The notes under the pieces: generated by a model
Told to the model about the DNA's origin: nothing
The model's database searches: none
What the model saw: only the letters and a program-made list of their open reading frames with translations
In this document: positions 13,603-27,700 of the stretch, one piece after another
Layout: the number at the start of each line of letters is the position of its first letter
How positions within the stretch are numbered: position 1 is the first letter of the stretch
Made by a program: the position numbers and the translations under genes
DNA from: Trichoplax sp. H2
Taxonomy: Eukaryota
Reading direction: 5' to 3'
NCBI GenBank assembly: GCA_003344405.1
Contig: NOWV01000027.1
Location: 186,001-250,000, forward strand
Length of the DNA: 64,000 bases

Positions 13603-16600
13603 TCATGATATGGTTGATTTATTGTTCATAAAGGGCCGTAGAACTTCAGGAATTTTAATACTACCGTCCTGTAAGATACACGGAAATTGAGGAACTTAAT
13701 AATTTTACTGATTATGATGCAAAAAAGGTGTTGACTTGCATAAAGTATCTTTCAAATCAAAATCGATCATATTTCGTATATGCATGACTACAATCAAGGA
13801 GGTTTTAGATCGTGTAATTTTATTGCTTTACTATTTAAATTTCGTTATAACCTGCTGTTGAAAATTCTCTAGAATGCTGATAATCAGTCTTGGAATAGCA
13901 CATGCAGTAGCATTAACCTAAATGTTATACGAGTTGAAAAATGAACGCTTTAAACACAAAATTGTAATCGTACTTTATAAATATCAAAACTTTCTTAAAA
14001 TTTATATTTACCAAAGTGGTATTTAGTGAATAACATACCGTATGGACAAACTGACGACCTCTATGCTTAGCTTTAGAACCTTTATATTGGATGTTTAGGC
14101 GTCTACTTTGATAATCTGTGCAGTTAGAGGCACTAGATATCTGCACAATAGTAAGATTATGATCGTAAATTATTTTGTCTATGAGTAAATAAAACAGACT
14201 AGTGGGATTCTAAATAATAAACAGTTATGAAAAGATAAGTTAAAATATATTCATTCCGCTATATAATTATCCTTACTTCACCATAATTATTTCTGCCTGG
14301 CATCCAAGCTTCAATATCGAATTTTCTATAGGCTGAGCTGCTAAGTTCTGCCGTAGGCATGTCTAAAATTCTGGTATAAGTAAGCCAAAAGAATGCATTC
14401 AATATATATTTTATGTTTGCCGAATTTAGAGTTGTCTATGATTTACCTAGCATGTAAGCCTAAGTTCGAATAAAGATCTTTTTGTATCTCCACAAACTCA
14501 TTAAATAACGCGTCGCTTTCATTGTGACCTTCATTAGTAGTTATACCAAACATTTCCACCTGTCGTGTAATGTTATAAGTTAGTGAGTGATAGACTCGTA
14601 TAAGTGCAAATTACGGGTAATAGAACTATATTGTATTAGTAACATAATGATGTACTTTTGTAAATTGATGTAAACGATACAAGCCGCGCTCTTCGGAAGT
14701 GTGTCTCGCTTTAGTAAAGAATGATAACAGTATCGTTAATATTAAGTTAATTTTTACTAAAAGCAATAGATTTTATCACTAGATATATACTATAATATAC
14801 CAGCTTCAGCGCGAAAGCAGTGGCTAACGGCTACATATCTGCAATGCAAAGTGCACGCCTTAATTACTAATTAATTAAAGTTTGGGTAAGTTACCAGTAT
14901 GCTTGAAAACAATGATATATTTACTCTTTTGTCACTATGTGCTATATATCTGTATATTTGTGCTGTGTATGGAATATACTTATTTCTAACCTTAAAGGGA
15001 GATCTTTCGCGTCTAACATTGAATCCATAAACATTCCTAAAAATGCAAAGTGCTTACTTATAAAATCAATGTTCCAATGAATATTTTTATACTTACCGCA
15101 TAAAGGGATTTCTGAAGTTCCAGCGAGGCGTAATTCACCGTGGCTGGGATCAAGGCTATATATCTTTTCATATTAAATAAAATTGTAACTACAACATGGG
15201 ATTTTTATTTGATACGCATGTATGAGGCTAATGAACACGGTTTTTACTTTCGTAACTTTTCAATACCTGAGCATGTTCAGTTCTTGGATGATATCCACAT
15301 CCTTCCTAAATTGACATATAGTATGAAAGAGAATTTTTCATTATAGTTAAATACTATGCGGTTGCGCATAAAGTTTTATAAGTAAAATTGACGTTAACTT
15401 ACTATAAGCCTAGGTTTGACGATATCTGGAGGCAGAATTGTAGTAAAACCCTAGAATGAAGAGAAGTCAAATGATAAAGTATTTCACTTGTGAAACTTTA
15501 GTAGGAGCGCACTGAAGTTATATGAGGCAGTAGCCATCTAAGAATACCTTCTGTGTAAGCTTTTGGATTGCGTACTGAATAATTGCCAACTCCAATAGAG
15601 CGGCATCTCCTAATAAATAGCAAAATTTCGGATCGCTCTGAAGTGCAGCAGATCTAAATTCGATATTAATAGTAGTTAGCTGCTTATAATAGATGATCTA
15701 TTTGATAGTAAGTCAATCGAATTTTGAAAAATGGTAGACAAGTTACGAGTTAATTAAGCTATTGCATATACCGAAATAAATTCAATTTTTCGCCAATTTG
15801 TATATGATTTTTCAAATCCAAGTCAAATACTAAAATGATGAATGGGATAATTGTGCAGTGTTATTACATCATTCATTTTTTATAAGTTTACCTCATTGAT
15901 TGAAATAAATAATCTGGAGAGATATACTAATCAATCGTAACTTGCATTACAGACCAGGTTTATCTCCAAAAGTGCTTAAAATGGTTGCATTTTCTTCGTC
16001 TCCAATTGGCTTTAGCAAGAGAAAATGAAGTTCTACATGAGACTGTCACAAAAATTGATATTCAGACATTATTTTACCGTATCTGGGTGAGTATCATTCG
16101 GAATTTTCGACGCAGCTTCAAACAACTGATTTTCGTAATGTAATTTTGTATCCTGTGATGCCATAGATTTCAATTTTAGTATTAGAAATTTAAAACTTTA
16201 CACCATTATTTTAGAGCGCGATAGTGATGTACAGTACAACTTAGGATATGTCTAATTCGACCTGTATATATACTGTGCAATGATGCTTATTTTAAGGTAT
16301 TAATCAATGAATTAAAAGCGATATGGTGTTTTACTTCCCTACCTCCAGTTGTGGCATTTTCTCTTTTATTTTCTTACCTAAATCGACAAGTTTTACATAG
16401 TCATCCTCACCTTTTTTGACCTATTAAAAAACAGAGCTAGTTAAGTATTGCTTTATCTACACCACCTCGTGTTTTGTAGAGATTATCTATTTTATTGGTT
16501 AACTATTCACCTCTTGTAGCTTAATTTTCTTTGATATTTCATTTCTCTCATGTCGTAATGCAGAAATTTCTGTACATATTTTGCCAAATTTGTTATGCAA

Positions 16601-17448
16601 TTTTACCTGATAACATAGATGGATATTTAACTGTCTTAATTTTTGAAAAGTTATAATGTACTCGTACTGACGTTATAATATGTTGATTAGGGACTAATTT
16701 AGGGTAATCTTTAATTTTCTTAGTTGTGGCATATACTTGTATTTTTACGTCTGCTGCAGTCAGTCATGGCAAGGAAATAGACGTGAACTAGATGGAATTT
16801 TGACTCCAAAAACGAGTCAATTTTCATTGACACTCTATAGTCTGTACTATTCTGTAAGATGAGCAAAAATGCTTGCGACAAATGAAATCTTTAACTTTAG
16901 TGTGCTCAATTTCATTCATACAGCTATAGTCTATAAAGCATAAACTGTAACGAACTTTGCATGGACTGTCCGCGCGTAATCTTACTTGTTGAAAGCTTTA
17001 TCTGAGAGTACAGTAATAATGGTACTTGATAATTCTGAAAATGATTTCATTCTACAGTATTTTAGTCTACAGTTTGCTATGAACATTAACTTTATCAAAT
17101 TGATGATATTGGTATTGAGCGGAAGTGATTGCATGTAATACTGTACAGTATATAGCAATCTTCGTTTAGCAACTATCCAAGATCTGCTGATATGCATAAG
17201 CCAATCAGTAGTTTCTCAGCCTTTTATAGCCTATTCAACTCTTTTCTTACCACTTCGTCAATGTCAGCATCACAACATCGATTCTTAATATTTTCACGTA
17301 TAATATCAGTTTTTTTTCGATAATAATCGAAATCAAATATGGGTCTATAGCCAATGCCATCTTTTCGAAATAAATATGAAGAGAGAGCCTTGCAATGGAT
17401 TCGGCAAGAGCTCGGTGTGATCCACCTCCGGCGCACTGCTTTCATCAT
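13603..17448 (-). CDS. SARS2: Mitochondrial seryl-tRNA synthetase (multi-exon)
   Basis: The N-terminus [16 protein letters not shown] is basic and presequence-like. Spliced exons give [76 protein letters not shown] (motif 3) and [14 protein letters not shown] before the stop at 13603-13605. Confidence 0.93.
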
Positions 17449-17704
17449 GGCGTTGATGGTCAATTTTTAATCTACCTTAAACTTAATATTGGATGGGAAA
17501 ATTTTATAATCTACTATACCATAACCTAATGGTAGCACAGGATAAGAGTTTTAACGAATTAATTGCATCAAGTCAATTCTTTTAGCCGTCGTAGATTGCA
17601 ATAATTTTCTCAGCTTATAATTCAGATGCTCTAGTCTCTCTCGATTTCATTCATTGCAGCTAACGTGGAGCGGATTGCAGACTTTTAACAGGGAGCCTCG
17701 CGGT

Positions 17705-17903
17705 ACGGACTGTGCACTGTACTATACAGTACAGTACCGTACGATTAGTTTTACTGTACGTCTGTACATCTTGTCCGTATAGTATGGTACTGTACTGTAG
17801 TGTTACATGTTATACTGTAGTAACTGTACTGTACTGTACTGTACAGTGTACAGTGTACAAGATGAGACACATTGTACTGTACTGTACACTGTATTGTACT
17901 GTA
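17705..17903. repeat. (TACAG/CTGTA)n low-complexity tract between the divergent SARS2 and SPATA7-like 5' ends
   Basis: Dense TACAGTAC, CTGTACTGTAC and TGTACAG units. They generate the spurious ORFs 17712..18053 and 17751..17960. Confidence 0.85.
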
Positions 17904-18489
17904 GGCCATCGAGGTCGCTATGATACATGTATGAGACTTCTGAATCGAATCACTCAACATTCCAACGACTTTTTTAGCCGTGGCAGTTCATTTCTCAAAG
18001 TTCCCACGTACTGTTTACATTGGAAAATTAAGTTATTCGAAAATAAATCTTAATTTGGATCAATAAGCGATTGGAATAAGCATCTTTCTAGAGTTCTCGA
18101 CGATGTCATGGTGGTGATTATCAAATTTCTAAGATGATTAAGCGCCAATCGGGTAAAATGAAATGATGGTATTTCAATAATGCTTTAAATCAGTCAATTA
18201 ACATGGACTAGTAAGAAGACAGTAAAATAATGATCACCTAAACCTGTTTATCCATGCTCAATGAACAGGAATGGTTTACTATCATTGCTAATATTAGTTT
18301 TCTCTGTACTATATACTGTCATCAATTTGGATGGTATTGAAATAGAAGTAATCATTGAAATAAAGTAGTCTTACAATAACAGAATATATTACATGATTCA
18401 ATGAAAAGCGCAAAAAGGATTCAATTTTGATAGAGATAGAATAATGATTATCTTAATTTATGGAAAGTAATAATATTACAGCTTTAAAG

Positions 18490-20660
18490 GATAATCCATG
18501 GAAGACCGGGAAGGGTAAGAAGGAGGCACAATTGAGCTTACAACGAAGCGGTAAGGATGATCCATTCGTAATTTGAATTATTTGCCTACGCTATAATTGA
18601 TAGTTTTCATAACACACCAAACAAGCTTTTACGTAATATTGTAATGATAAACGATTAACGTGAATAGGCCATATCTTGCTATTAGTTTAATTCATTCATT
18701 TTTGTATTCAGTTTAATATACCTGTGCATACAGTAGTTAATTATAATAGTACGCCAGACTATGAAAATGAGTGCTTAATTAATAGGCTCGTATTATCATG
18801 GCTTCTACTGTTAGTTTTAATGATGCGTCAGAGTATGAGAACTAATGGCTTAATATTATATACTCGTATTATAATCGTAGGTTTTATCCCCAAAACTGTT
18901 AGCACGACTGGAGGTCATGATATCGTTAGCAGCCATATGAAATCTCATTACAATCGAATTACCGGTGCTAAATGTAATTTTAAAAAATAATACTTTGCTA
19001 TCCCAATTTTTCTTGTACGCTATTATTATCCTTCAAGTGCACATTAAAACTTTTATTATTATCCTGTCTCGTTATCCGCTATACTAATACTGTTATCTTG
19101 CTTTAGCACGAACTGATACGTCTGCTCCAAAATCTCTTGTTGTCAATCCAAGGCGTAAGATAAATATCATTTAATCTCAATAACCATTAAAAGAGATTAA
19201 TACCTTCATTTTGTTTTCGACTGTAGGCCATAGTCGTAAAGGAACCTCAACATTTGATTCTACAGGTTCCGTATATGCTGGACTGCCCCAATCTGCACGT
19301 AGCATGAAAGGACGTAGTCTACTAAATTCACGTCCTATGTCTGCTCGTACTGCGCCAGAAACAAGCACAAAGGATGTTAATAAGAGTACTACCAAGGTTG
19401 TACTTGTATTGTACAATAAATATAACTAAGATTTGTATGTTATATTGCCTTTTTACAATAGATATGGATCCCTTAAAATCACTAACGTATTAAACTAAAC
19501 TATAGGAACAGGGGAGCAATTATAAGCGGAAAGTGTCTCAAAAGAAATCAAAATCTGCAATAGCTGTCGATGTGAATTCTACAAATATAGCTGATACACC
19601 CGTTATGTCAAATTATATTGATCATCCTACACCTGATATGAATGAACAAGACGAAGCCGACGATGGACCTTCTAAGTAATATAACTCATAGATGATAAAA
19701 TGAATAAAAATGTTTTTTATGTTACTGACTTGATATTGCTTCAATTTAATTAGAGAAAAATTGGCAGAATATTTGATCTTAAAATATGGTGTTAAATCGA
19801 GTAAGAAAGCTAAGCAACAAGAGCGTAAAGGACAACAATCGCAGCTGTTTTCAAATAGTGTACAAAAAGTCCCATCTAGGTAGAGTCATCTGTCATATTG
19901 AAACCATTTTCAGGTTTAAAATCTCACTTAGCCTGTATTACGATAAAAATCTTAGAATTACGCATGAGGTTAAGGATGATCCAAATAGAATTACGTCTAC
20001 AAGATTAGGAAATTATGATTTTCAAGGCAGTAGTGTTAGAGACCCTAATAACCTAAGAAGTAATGTCGACAATTGGCTAAACGATGCGAATGCTTCCGTC
20101 ATGGCAGAAGTGTAAGCTTTTCATAATTACTATTATCACTACTATTGTAAAATAATATATGGATACTTTAAAATGTACAGAAATTTAGAAATGGAATACT
20201 TGAAATTTATGTCTTCCCTCACAACCGATGTAATCTCTCGTGGAATTTTTTCTGATAGGTACAACTGAGCGTTAGCTCGTTAAACTGATATAAATTGTTG
20301 TGTCCTTAAATTGGTATAATATTTTATTTATTTGTTGCATCCTCTTACCTACAGATATATTAATCGTATCATTGAACAGCATATTCGAGACAATAGAGCT
20401 ACATTAAATGAAGTAAGTCCATATAATAATTTCTTAAGAAGTGTGCTATACTGTAGTCAATTAAAGTTTTCAATTTATGCATACATAGGTTACAGTTGTC
20501 TACTATTACTACATTTACTGTATTCATGTCAATTTCGGATGATGAATAGATATAAGTTCAGTAATACTGAAATCCACTTGTTACTTCTCGGGTTATCAAC
20601 TAGGATCACATGCGTGAATTGACAGAACAATTGAAAAGGGATCTCTGCATTCGCGATTAG
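18490..20660 (+). CDS. SPATA7: SPATA7-like ciliary protein (multi-exon; start codon not determined)
   Basis: DIVSSHMKSHYNRITGAKSRTDTSAPKSL (18920-19140) resembles SPATA7 'VKNHMAVHYNKILSAKAAVDCSVP'. The C-terminal exons NLEMEYLKFMSSLTTDVISRGIFSDR-YINRIIEQHIRDNRATLNE-DHMRELTEQLKRDL resemble the SPATA7 'YLSFIEDVTDEILKLGLFSNR..ERHI..N...L.EEKMRHLL..LK.DL' block. The stop TAG ends at 20660. Confidence 0.75.
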
Positions 20661-20890
20661 GATTGTTTCCTCATAATTTAGGAACCTACTTGCGCACTTT
20701 GCGCATTACAACTACAGGATGCTCATTTTTAAATATTATAATGTCAATCCTCCTTATGTAAATAAACTACAATGTGTTTATCCGATGTTGCTGTGAATTG
20801 TATCGAATATTGTAGATCATAGTTTAAATTGTATTTCCAAATCTCCATTTTATTTACAAAATTTTTATACATACAATATAAACTATTTTC

Positions 20891-23419
20891 CTAGTTGCTT
20901 GACTTTGTCTTCTTTTTTTCTGTATATGATAGAGATAATTTATTAATTCTATTGATACTAATGAATTGTATGAATTATCGATAATAATATGTACGTATAT
21001 TATATAAAATTATGTATGGACATACTGCGACTTCGCATCATTTTTTTGGGAAAATGTCGGTAACTTACTTTTTTGAGGTAATGAGTCTTCGATTACTTCT
21101 AATTCATCCCAAACGTCAGAAAGTTCACTATCATTGTCGTCATTTTCTGCTGTAGTACCACGTTCCCTCTTGCTTTTCTATTGGGAAATGATAGAAGGTA
21201 AAAATATGGCATCGTGATATCTACTTCACTCATTATTATGCCTATGAACAAAATATTAATGACATGCAGCAAGAGATATCAAACCTTAAATGATTGAGAA
21301 TGGAATAAAAGACTGTTTAACTTTGATTTCAAGTAAAACTGTGCGAAATAAGAAGTGAAAATTCAATTAGAAAATTTGATTATATCAGGTTGAAGTACCC
21401 TCATCCATCATACAATAAAAAGAATTCAGGAATTAATAAGGCCGTACTTTATATCTAGGCTGCCTTGACTCAAGATCAAACACTCTCAAATGCCTATCTA
21501 ACCCACAGGCTGCAATGGCATTTTCAGAGGGATGACAAGCAATTGACCGAATTGAACCTGTACAGCCTTTAAAATTGCCGACTGGACGTTCTAAATCCAA
21601 AAAATATTTTAGTTAATACGCGCTATGACGATTTGCAAACAGTATATCAACAAGTGTTTATAGCCTAGAACTTTACTTGATTTCAGATCAAATAACGTCA
21701 TAGTCCCTTTATTATCTCCCACGATAACTCTCCTAGCATTAGAATAAATGTTAGTCTCCTTTATCAATAAAGTAAAATGGAATTATACTCAGACAATTAG
21801 CGTAGATAAGAAACTTTTACCTTTGCTCAGGCTCGAGTGCGAGGGACAGAAGCGGGGAATTGCCCAATTCTGTTACAGAAACAGGTCGTCTTTGGGCTCT
21901 AGGATCGTAAACTTGAATCTGTGGTATTGGATTGGATTCAGACAATATAACAATGTCTTATTTGATATTTAATGAAGGATGCAGCATGAAAGAAATGTTC
22001 GACGATACCTTATGATATTTTGATACTGTGATGATTTCTGGTTGCTGATGATTACAAGGTAATATTGCAATATTGGTAATCCATACAGGTACTTGTAAAC
22101 CTAGCGAATCATTTGGCATCTAATATTGAAGGTATTATAATAGTTTAATAAGGTTATAACGACACGTATAGAAACTGCTAATATAAAGTGCATAAATACA
22201 TTTTTTGCTTTAAAGACAGCTTCCTTTGGTTTTGATAAATCCCATAGTTTTAGATTGTTTTGTTTTCCTCCAGTTGCTACTAACATAGGATTAAGTGGAT
22301 TAACCGTCATTCTTGAGGTTTGCCCTCCAGTATTTATTTCGGTCTACGGTGAAGTGATATAGTAATGATCGCGTGAAAATACGTATGATAAGATCGTTAA
22401 TTAAAGAATATAAAATATATTGCGGTTATCGCCGTACTAGATTAGAGTTCTCAGAATTGTAGCATAGCTTCCCTGAATCGAAGCAGCCGATGTAGCAACT
22501 AATATTAAAATAAAGGTATTAGCTGTGAAGGAGCAGTAACATTTTGTAGAGAGTAATAAATTTTAAATTTTACCCTTACCCATTGTGATGGTGAAGCCCA
22601 GTAAATTGACCTTTACCTACGAATTCGTTCCAGTTTGTAGTATAACTGCAAGTATCCGTATTAAAGTGTTTAATGCTACCACTTTGAAATCCTACACATA
22701 TCTTTGATAAATTGCAACAAAATACTTTAGTATTCTCAACACTCGCAGAGCTGAAATACGCGTATGTGTATTAACAGGGAATATAGCGCTAGCTAACTAG
22801 TGTTTACTGCATGAATTACTAAATATTCATTTAGTAATTCACGGTTTGCAGCTATAAGGTCAATATTGTTCCTACCTACTCCGAATTGTAAGCAAATAAC
22901 TTCGTGTACTTACCTCTTTTTCATAAGAATCTGTCCAACACATTGATAATATTTCTGGTGGGTTATCCGATGCCTTACAGTCTCCATAGCTGGAAGTGGA
23001 GTTATCTTTGAGTTGCACCCCTGATATATAAGGAGATAAAGTAAAGGTAATTACTAAATTATATATATTTACTTTGAGAACGTAATATGGGATGTTCGCC
23101 TAATCAAAGTATACAATGTATTTAGTGTAACCGGAATACGATTCAGGCTGTGCTAATTGACTCATTCCTGCTACCAATATCAGTTAACTTTAAAGATCAC
23201 TACTCTAACTAGACGTCTTGATTAATTCATTGTGCAGCTGTCCACTAGTTATGCTATAACATGTATGCACAAGTACGTATAGTACAATGTATTTCAATTA
23301 ATATTCAGTATCAATTTATGAAGGACTGTAGTATGAATAATTAATTCTGTTATGAGTAAATTTATGAGACCTTTTAAGATGCCAAGCTGACTTCCTATCC
23401 ATATATTGCAAGGATTCAT
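20891..23419 (-). CDS. WDR74: WD repeat protein 74 / Nsa1, 60S ribosome biogenesis factor (multi-exon)
   Basis: Exon 1 MNPCNIWIGSQLGILKG resembles 'VWVGTETGILKG'. Internal blocks include VATGGKQNNLKLWDL, FKAKN, YDPRAQRRPV, FKGCTGSIRSIACHP, ACGLDRHLRVFD and YLKSKLN. An acidic tail DVWDELE precedes a final KKKKTKSSN* exon. Confidence 0.92.
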
Positions 23420-23964
23420 TGGATAAAAATCTAGAACTAAAATGAAGAAAGGGCAAGTATAATGTATGGTTAGTACAGAGGATGTAGTATCATTTATTAT
23501 CGTACTAACAGTTGATTACAGTAAACGTTTAGTTTATAATACTGTATTTATTTTATGAGAAGGGTACAGACGGGTGTTATAATAATGATGATTCGGAAAA
23601 TCGATTTTCACATACAGGATTACTGCCATTGGATGTGCAAGTACGATTCAATATTACAAACTGTCAGCTAGATAACAGTACTATAATACAAGATTAAGAC
23701 CCATGTGCATTTGTGCAGTTATCTATTTACATTACCTTGTAAATCTATGCTTGCTATTGTTCAAATTCTATTTCAGTAGATTACTTTTAGGTCTATTAAT
23801 GCAAATGATATCAGATTTTCGATCAATTCAATTCATCAAGACTCCGCTTTTAATTTGCGCTAGGGATTGAACCGAGGCCTTACCGGAGGTGTGCAGTAGC
23901 TTTTATTAGCTGGTCTTGCAGGCAGGATGTACACGGTAGAGTTTGAGCGTAGCGAATGTTACGT

Positions 23965-24145
23965 TGCACTTACTGTACAGTACAGTACTGTACAGTACAT
24001 GCATGTACTGTACTGTATCAGCCATTTACAGTACTGTACTGTAGTGTACAGTACAGTACAGTATGGCGCACCTACAGTACAGTACAGTACAGTACAGTAC
24101 TGTACAGTACTGTGCAGCATGCATGCGAAGTACTGTACAGCGCGA
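23965..24145. repeat. (TACAG)n / CAGTACTG tract in the WDR74-BIRC6 bidirectional promoter region
   Basis: Near-pure tandem TACAG units (e.g. 24073-24100), with CAGTACTG and TGTACA palindromic junctions. Confidence 0.9.
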
Positions 24146-24741
24146 TTAACTTCGGTGACACTAAGGAAAATAAACTGCGCAGGTTAAATCAAGCCCAAAG
24201 TAGGTAAAATCTGATACGTAGATGTAGCCCAATAACTTAGCCTGTACATATAGATTTTGGACAGGAGTGTTAACAAATTGCCACTTTGAATTTTCGACAC
24301 CATCTTGCCATCGAAGTGAATCGCGTTCAGCAGCGAGAGATTGTCTTATAATTACTGTAATGGGTCGCAATTGGGTCTCATGTGGGTCTCATGTAGGTCT
24401 CTGACTCATCAAGTCATTACGGACTACTGTATGTACGGACTCGATGAAGGCCAGCCAAGGTCCTCAGCACAGTCATACAATACAGTACTGTACTATACTG
24501 AACACTCAGTGAACAGTACTGAATGTCACAACGACTAGCATACTGCAAAATACGTCAACTGACTGTACCGGGTGCGATTCATTCGCATATTGTGCGTGTT
24601 ATTTACTGGACGCAACGGGTCAGTCAGGCCTGGTCAGACGTGAAAATTAACAACTGACTTGTTACTAGTGTGACTGTGTAGTACGTGTTGTTGTGGTCAT
24701 GCGCCAGCTCAATTCCGACGTCGTCTAAGAAACGATCAGTC

Positions 24742-27700
24742 ATGGCGACCGGTGGTGGTTCCCTTGAGGTTTCTGGTCCGGCGACATGCATTTCCTTAGA
24801 CCATTGCAGAGATATTATTTCAGTGACATACTGTGTACCATTAAATTGTATTATTGTAGGTGATATAGATGGACAAATTCATGTCGTTGATGCACATTCT
24901 TATGAACTTTTGAAAAGGACTCCAGTAGCAGGTAATGATTGACTGCTTAGTCTTCACCATATTGAGCTGCTTGACTATCCATGATTGGAATGGAGGATTG
25001 TGTATAAAAAGAGTATATCTTTTCTAATTGATCTAAACATAATCACGATATCGAGTAGATGATTCATATAGCATATCCAATACGGTACAGTAGTTAGAAT
25101 AATAATTTGGATAATTTCATGTTGGTCTGCTGCTCTACTGTCGAAATAAACATCCGTAACATTCGTACTTGGATAATATACTGTACTGTACTATTAGAAT
25201 AGAAGACAATACTGTACCATGCAAACAGGGTTCCCCCATTCTCGCATGGAGAAAGAACATTGCCTGTACAGTAGTATACAGTAATGTTAGTCAACGAACT
25301 ACTGTAGTAATTGCCATACTTATTAGTTTTTTGATTAATCAATGTCATTATAAACTTGATGGCCTTTCTTCGTCCAATCCTCTTGCACATAGGTTGTATA
25401 CGTAGGTTAATATGATAGAGAAAATGTGCTAGCTACTTTTCTTTTTCGTGAATGATCTTTACAATAAGTCATTCACTGATTACACACGACTACTGAATTT
25501 ATGGTAGACTAGTAAAGGATTTTATGATGCAGACGGTAGGATTGACATAATGAAGTCATAGTTAGTATATTCTCCTGGGACAAGTAGTAATTTCAAGTTT
25601 TTACGCTATGATCTATTGAATTTTGAAGGACTCTAAGAAAAGATAGACTATAAGATAGTCAGCGATCTGGAGGTATCCTAAGATAATTCAGCTTGACTTC
25701 TCCCCATTCAATGTACTGCAGACGTTAATACATTTGATTAGAAGATGTACAGTATCTACATATAGCTACATTATATGATGACGCTTACATTACATTCTTC
25801 TACTCCTTGCATTGAGAATTTAGTCGTAGATACCCGAGGTCATTGATACATTTTCTAAATTACGCTATTGTACGCGTATTTGCAAATATCTTGACATTTT
25901 GACCCCTTTTCACAGGTAGGCGTACGGTGCCTACGATAAATACTCATGTTACTGTATTAATTTAATGTTGTGCTTCATACTCGCTATCCAATTACGAGTA
26001 TAGAGCGTTAGTGAAAATGATTAGATGATGATTCTTTACCTAGTACTGTAATTAGATTCTCGCTAACATCATGTCAATATTAAATTACATCAACAAGATT
26101 ATATTTCATAGTCTTGAGTTCTATCGTTCAATACCTTGGATCCATATTTGCTTACATAACGCGCTCTAGTTTTGATCGCCGTTGAAATGAATACTACTAC
26201 TTATCAATTAGTAGTTTATGCTACTACAGTATTCCAACTTAATCAGTATGAGGTAACACTTTAGTGCTATCTTTTAAATTTCCTAGACATGCAAGAGTCG
26301 ATCAAATCGAACAGACATGATGCTACCGATGATCGTATAACGCGCAGATTTATCTGTGATATTATTCCATCATAATGACATACTTAGGGCAGACTATGAT
26401 AATAATAGTAATAAATAATTCTTTGAAAGTTTATGAAAATCTTTTGTCAGTTAACTACAATATATCGAAATGAATGCGTTACGGTACTGCTAGGTTACGA
26501 TTACTGCGACTTTAAAATGTGTTATGATTACGAGATTACGTATGGGTAGCATATTATTCTTTGATTAACATTTATTATAAATGAGATAGTTTATAGCATC
26601 ATCTTATTCATAAGCTGTATTTTATGCTAGCTTGGTCCTTTTTGATAGGCATTAAATACTCATGTCTACATGCGGAACTGATAAAATGGAACATTATTAC
26701 ATACTTATAAATTAAGTTTAAATCTAGGTGTACTGAATGTAATTTTATTTCATATTTTCGTATAATACGTATGTTAAAATGAATATATCAAGAACAGCAT
26801 TAAGTAATTAGTTTTGTTGATTATAATGATAATTATTATTACAGAAGAAGCGAGCCCTTCAAATACGCTAAAATGCGAGTGTATTGCAAAGTCTGACTGC
26901 CTTATAGTTACTTGTGGCCAAAAGATAGGCATGAGAAAAGCGATGAACGGCATATTTTTATTGGATACAATTCTACAAACTCCGGTGCAAAATAAAAGTC
27001 AGCCAATCTGTATAGATTTACAGCGTCATGAGGTCCGCATCGTACTATCGCGATAAGTGATCAATAACTGTTAGCGTTGTAAAGATATCATTGTATAAAA
27101 TCTGCATTTTAATTCTGTCGTATACACTGTAATTCAATGATCTTTCAACTAAATTGATCATATTCTGTCTTTACGAGATTATGTTCAGTCTTTCATTATT
27201 TTGCAATGGAAAAGCAGTTTTAAGAAGCTCACAACTTATCATTATTTCTATGATTCAGGCTGAACGCATGATAAAATATGTGGAAAACAATATTTCTTCG
27301 GATACAAATTTTGAAAATTCATGTAGGAAATTATACGATCAAATTACGGAATATTTGAATAATTACAAAGAGTATGATCGCAAATCTGCCAAAGTACGTA
27401 TAGTAGCTCTTGATCGAAACCTTGTACTTTTAAAATACAGTCAAAGCGTAACGGTATACTATATATATTACGTTATATAATAGTGGTCAACGTGCTCGCT
27501 GACTTTGCAAGGAGATAGTTTTTTGTCGACCTTAGCTGAATTAATGAATATCTTGGAAAAAAAGATGAAATCTTCATTGCCATTATTGTCGTCATTAATG
27601 GAGCGTGTCAGTAAACTGTGTGGTACGGAAATGAGGCAATTGCGAGGTAGTGATCGATCAATTATGTATGCTGAACTTACGCGACTAAAATCATTTAAAG

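Noticed and set aside
19177..19416. Minus-strand ORF resembling a signal peptide plus neuropeptide precursor (MYNTSTTLVVLLLTSFVLVSGAVRA...)
   Set aside because: It starts at TTG rather than ATG and lies exactly antisense to a spliced SPATA7-like exon. It has no repeated peptide/GKR units, so it is most likely a shadow ORF.
17712..24207. ORFs rich in YSTVQ/CTVLY (17712..18053, 17751..17960, 23927..24187, 23956..24207)
   Set aside because: These are translations of the TACAG repeat.
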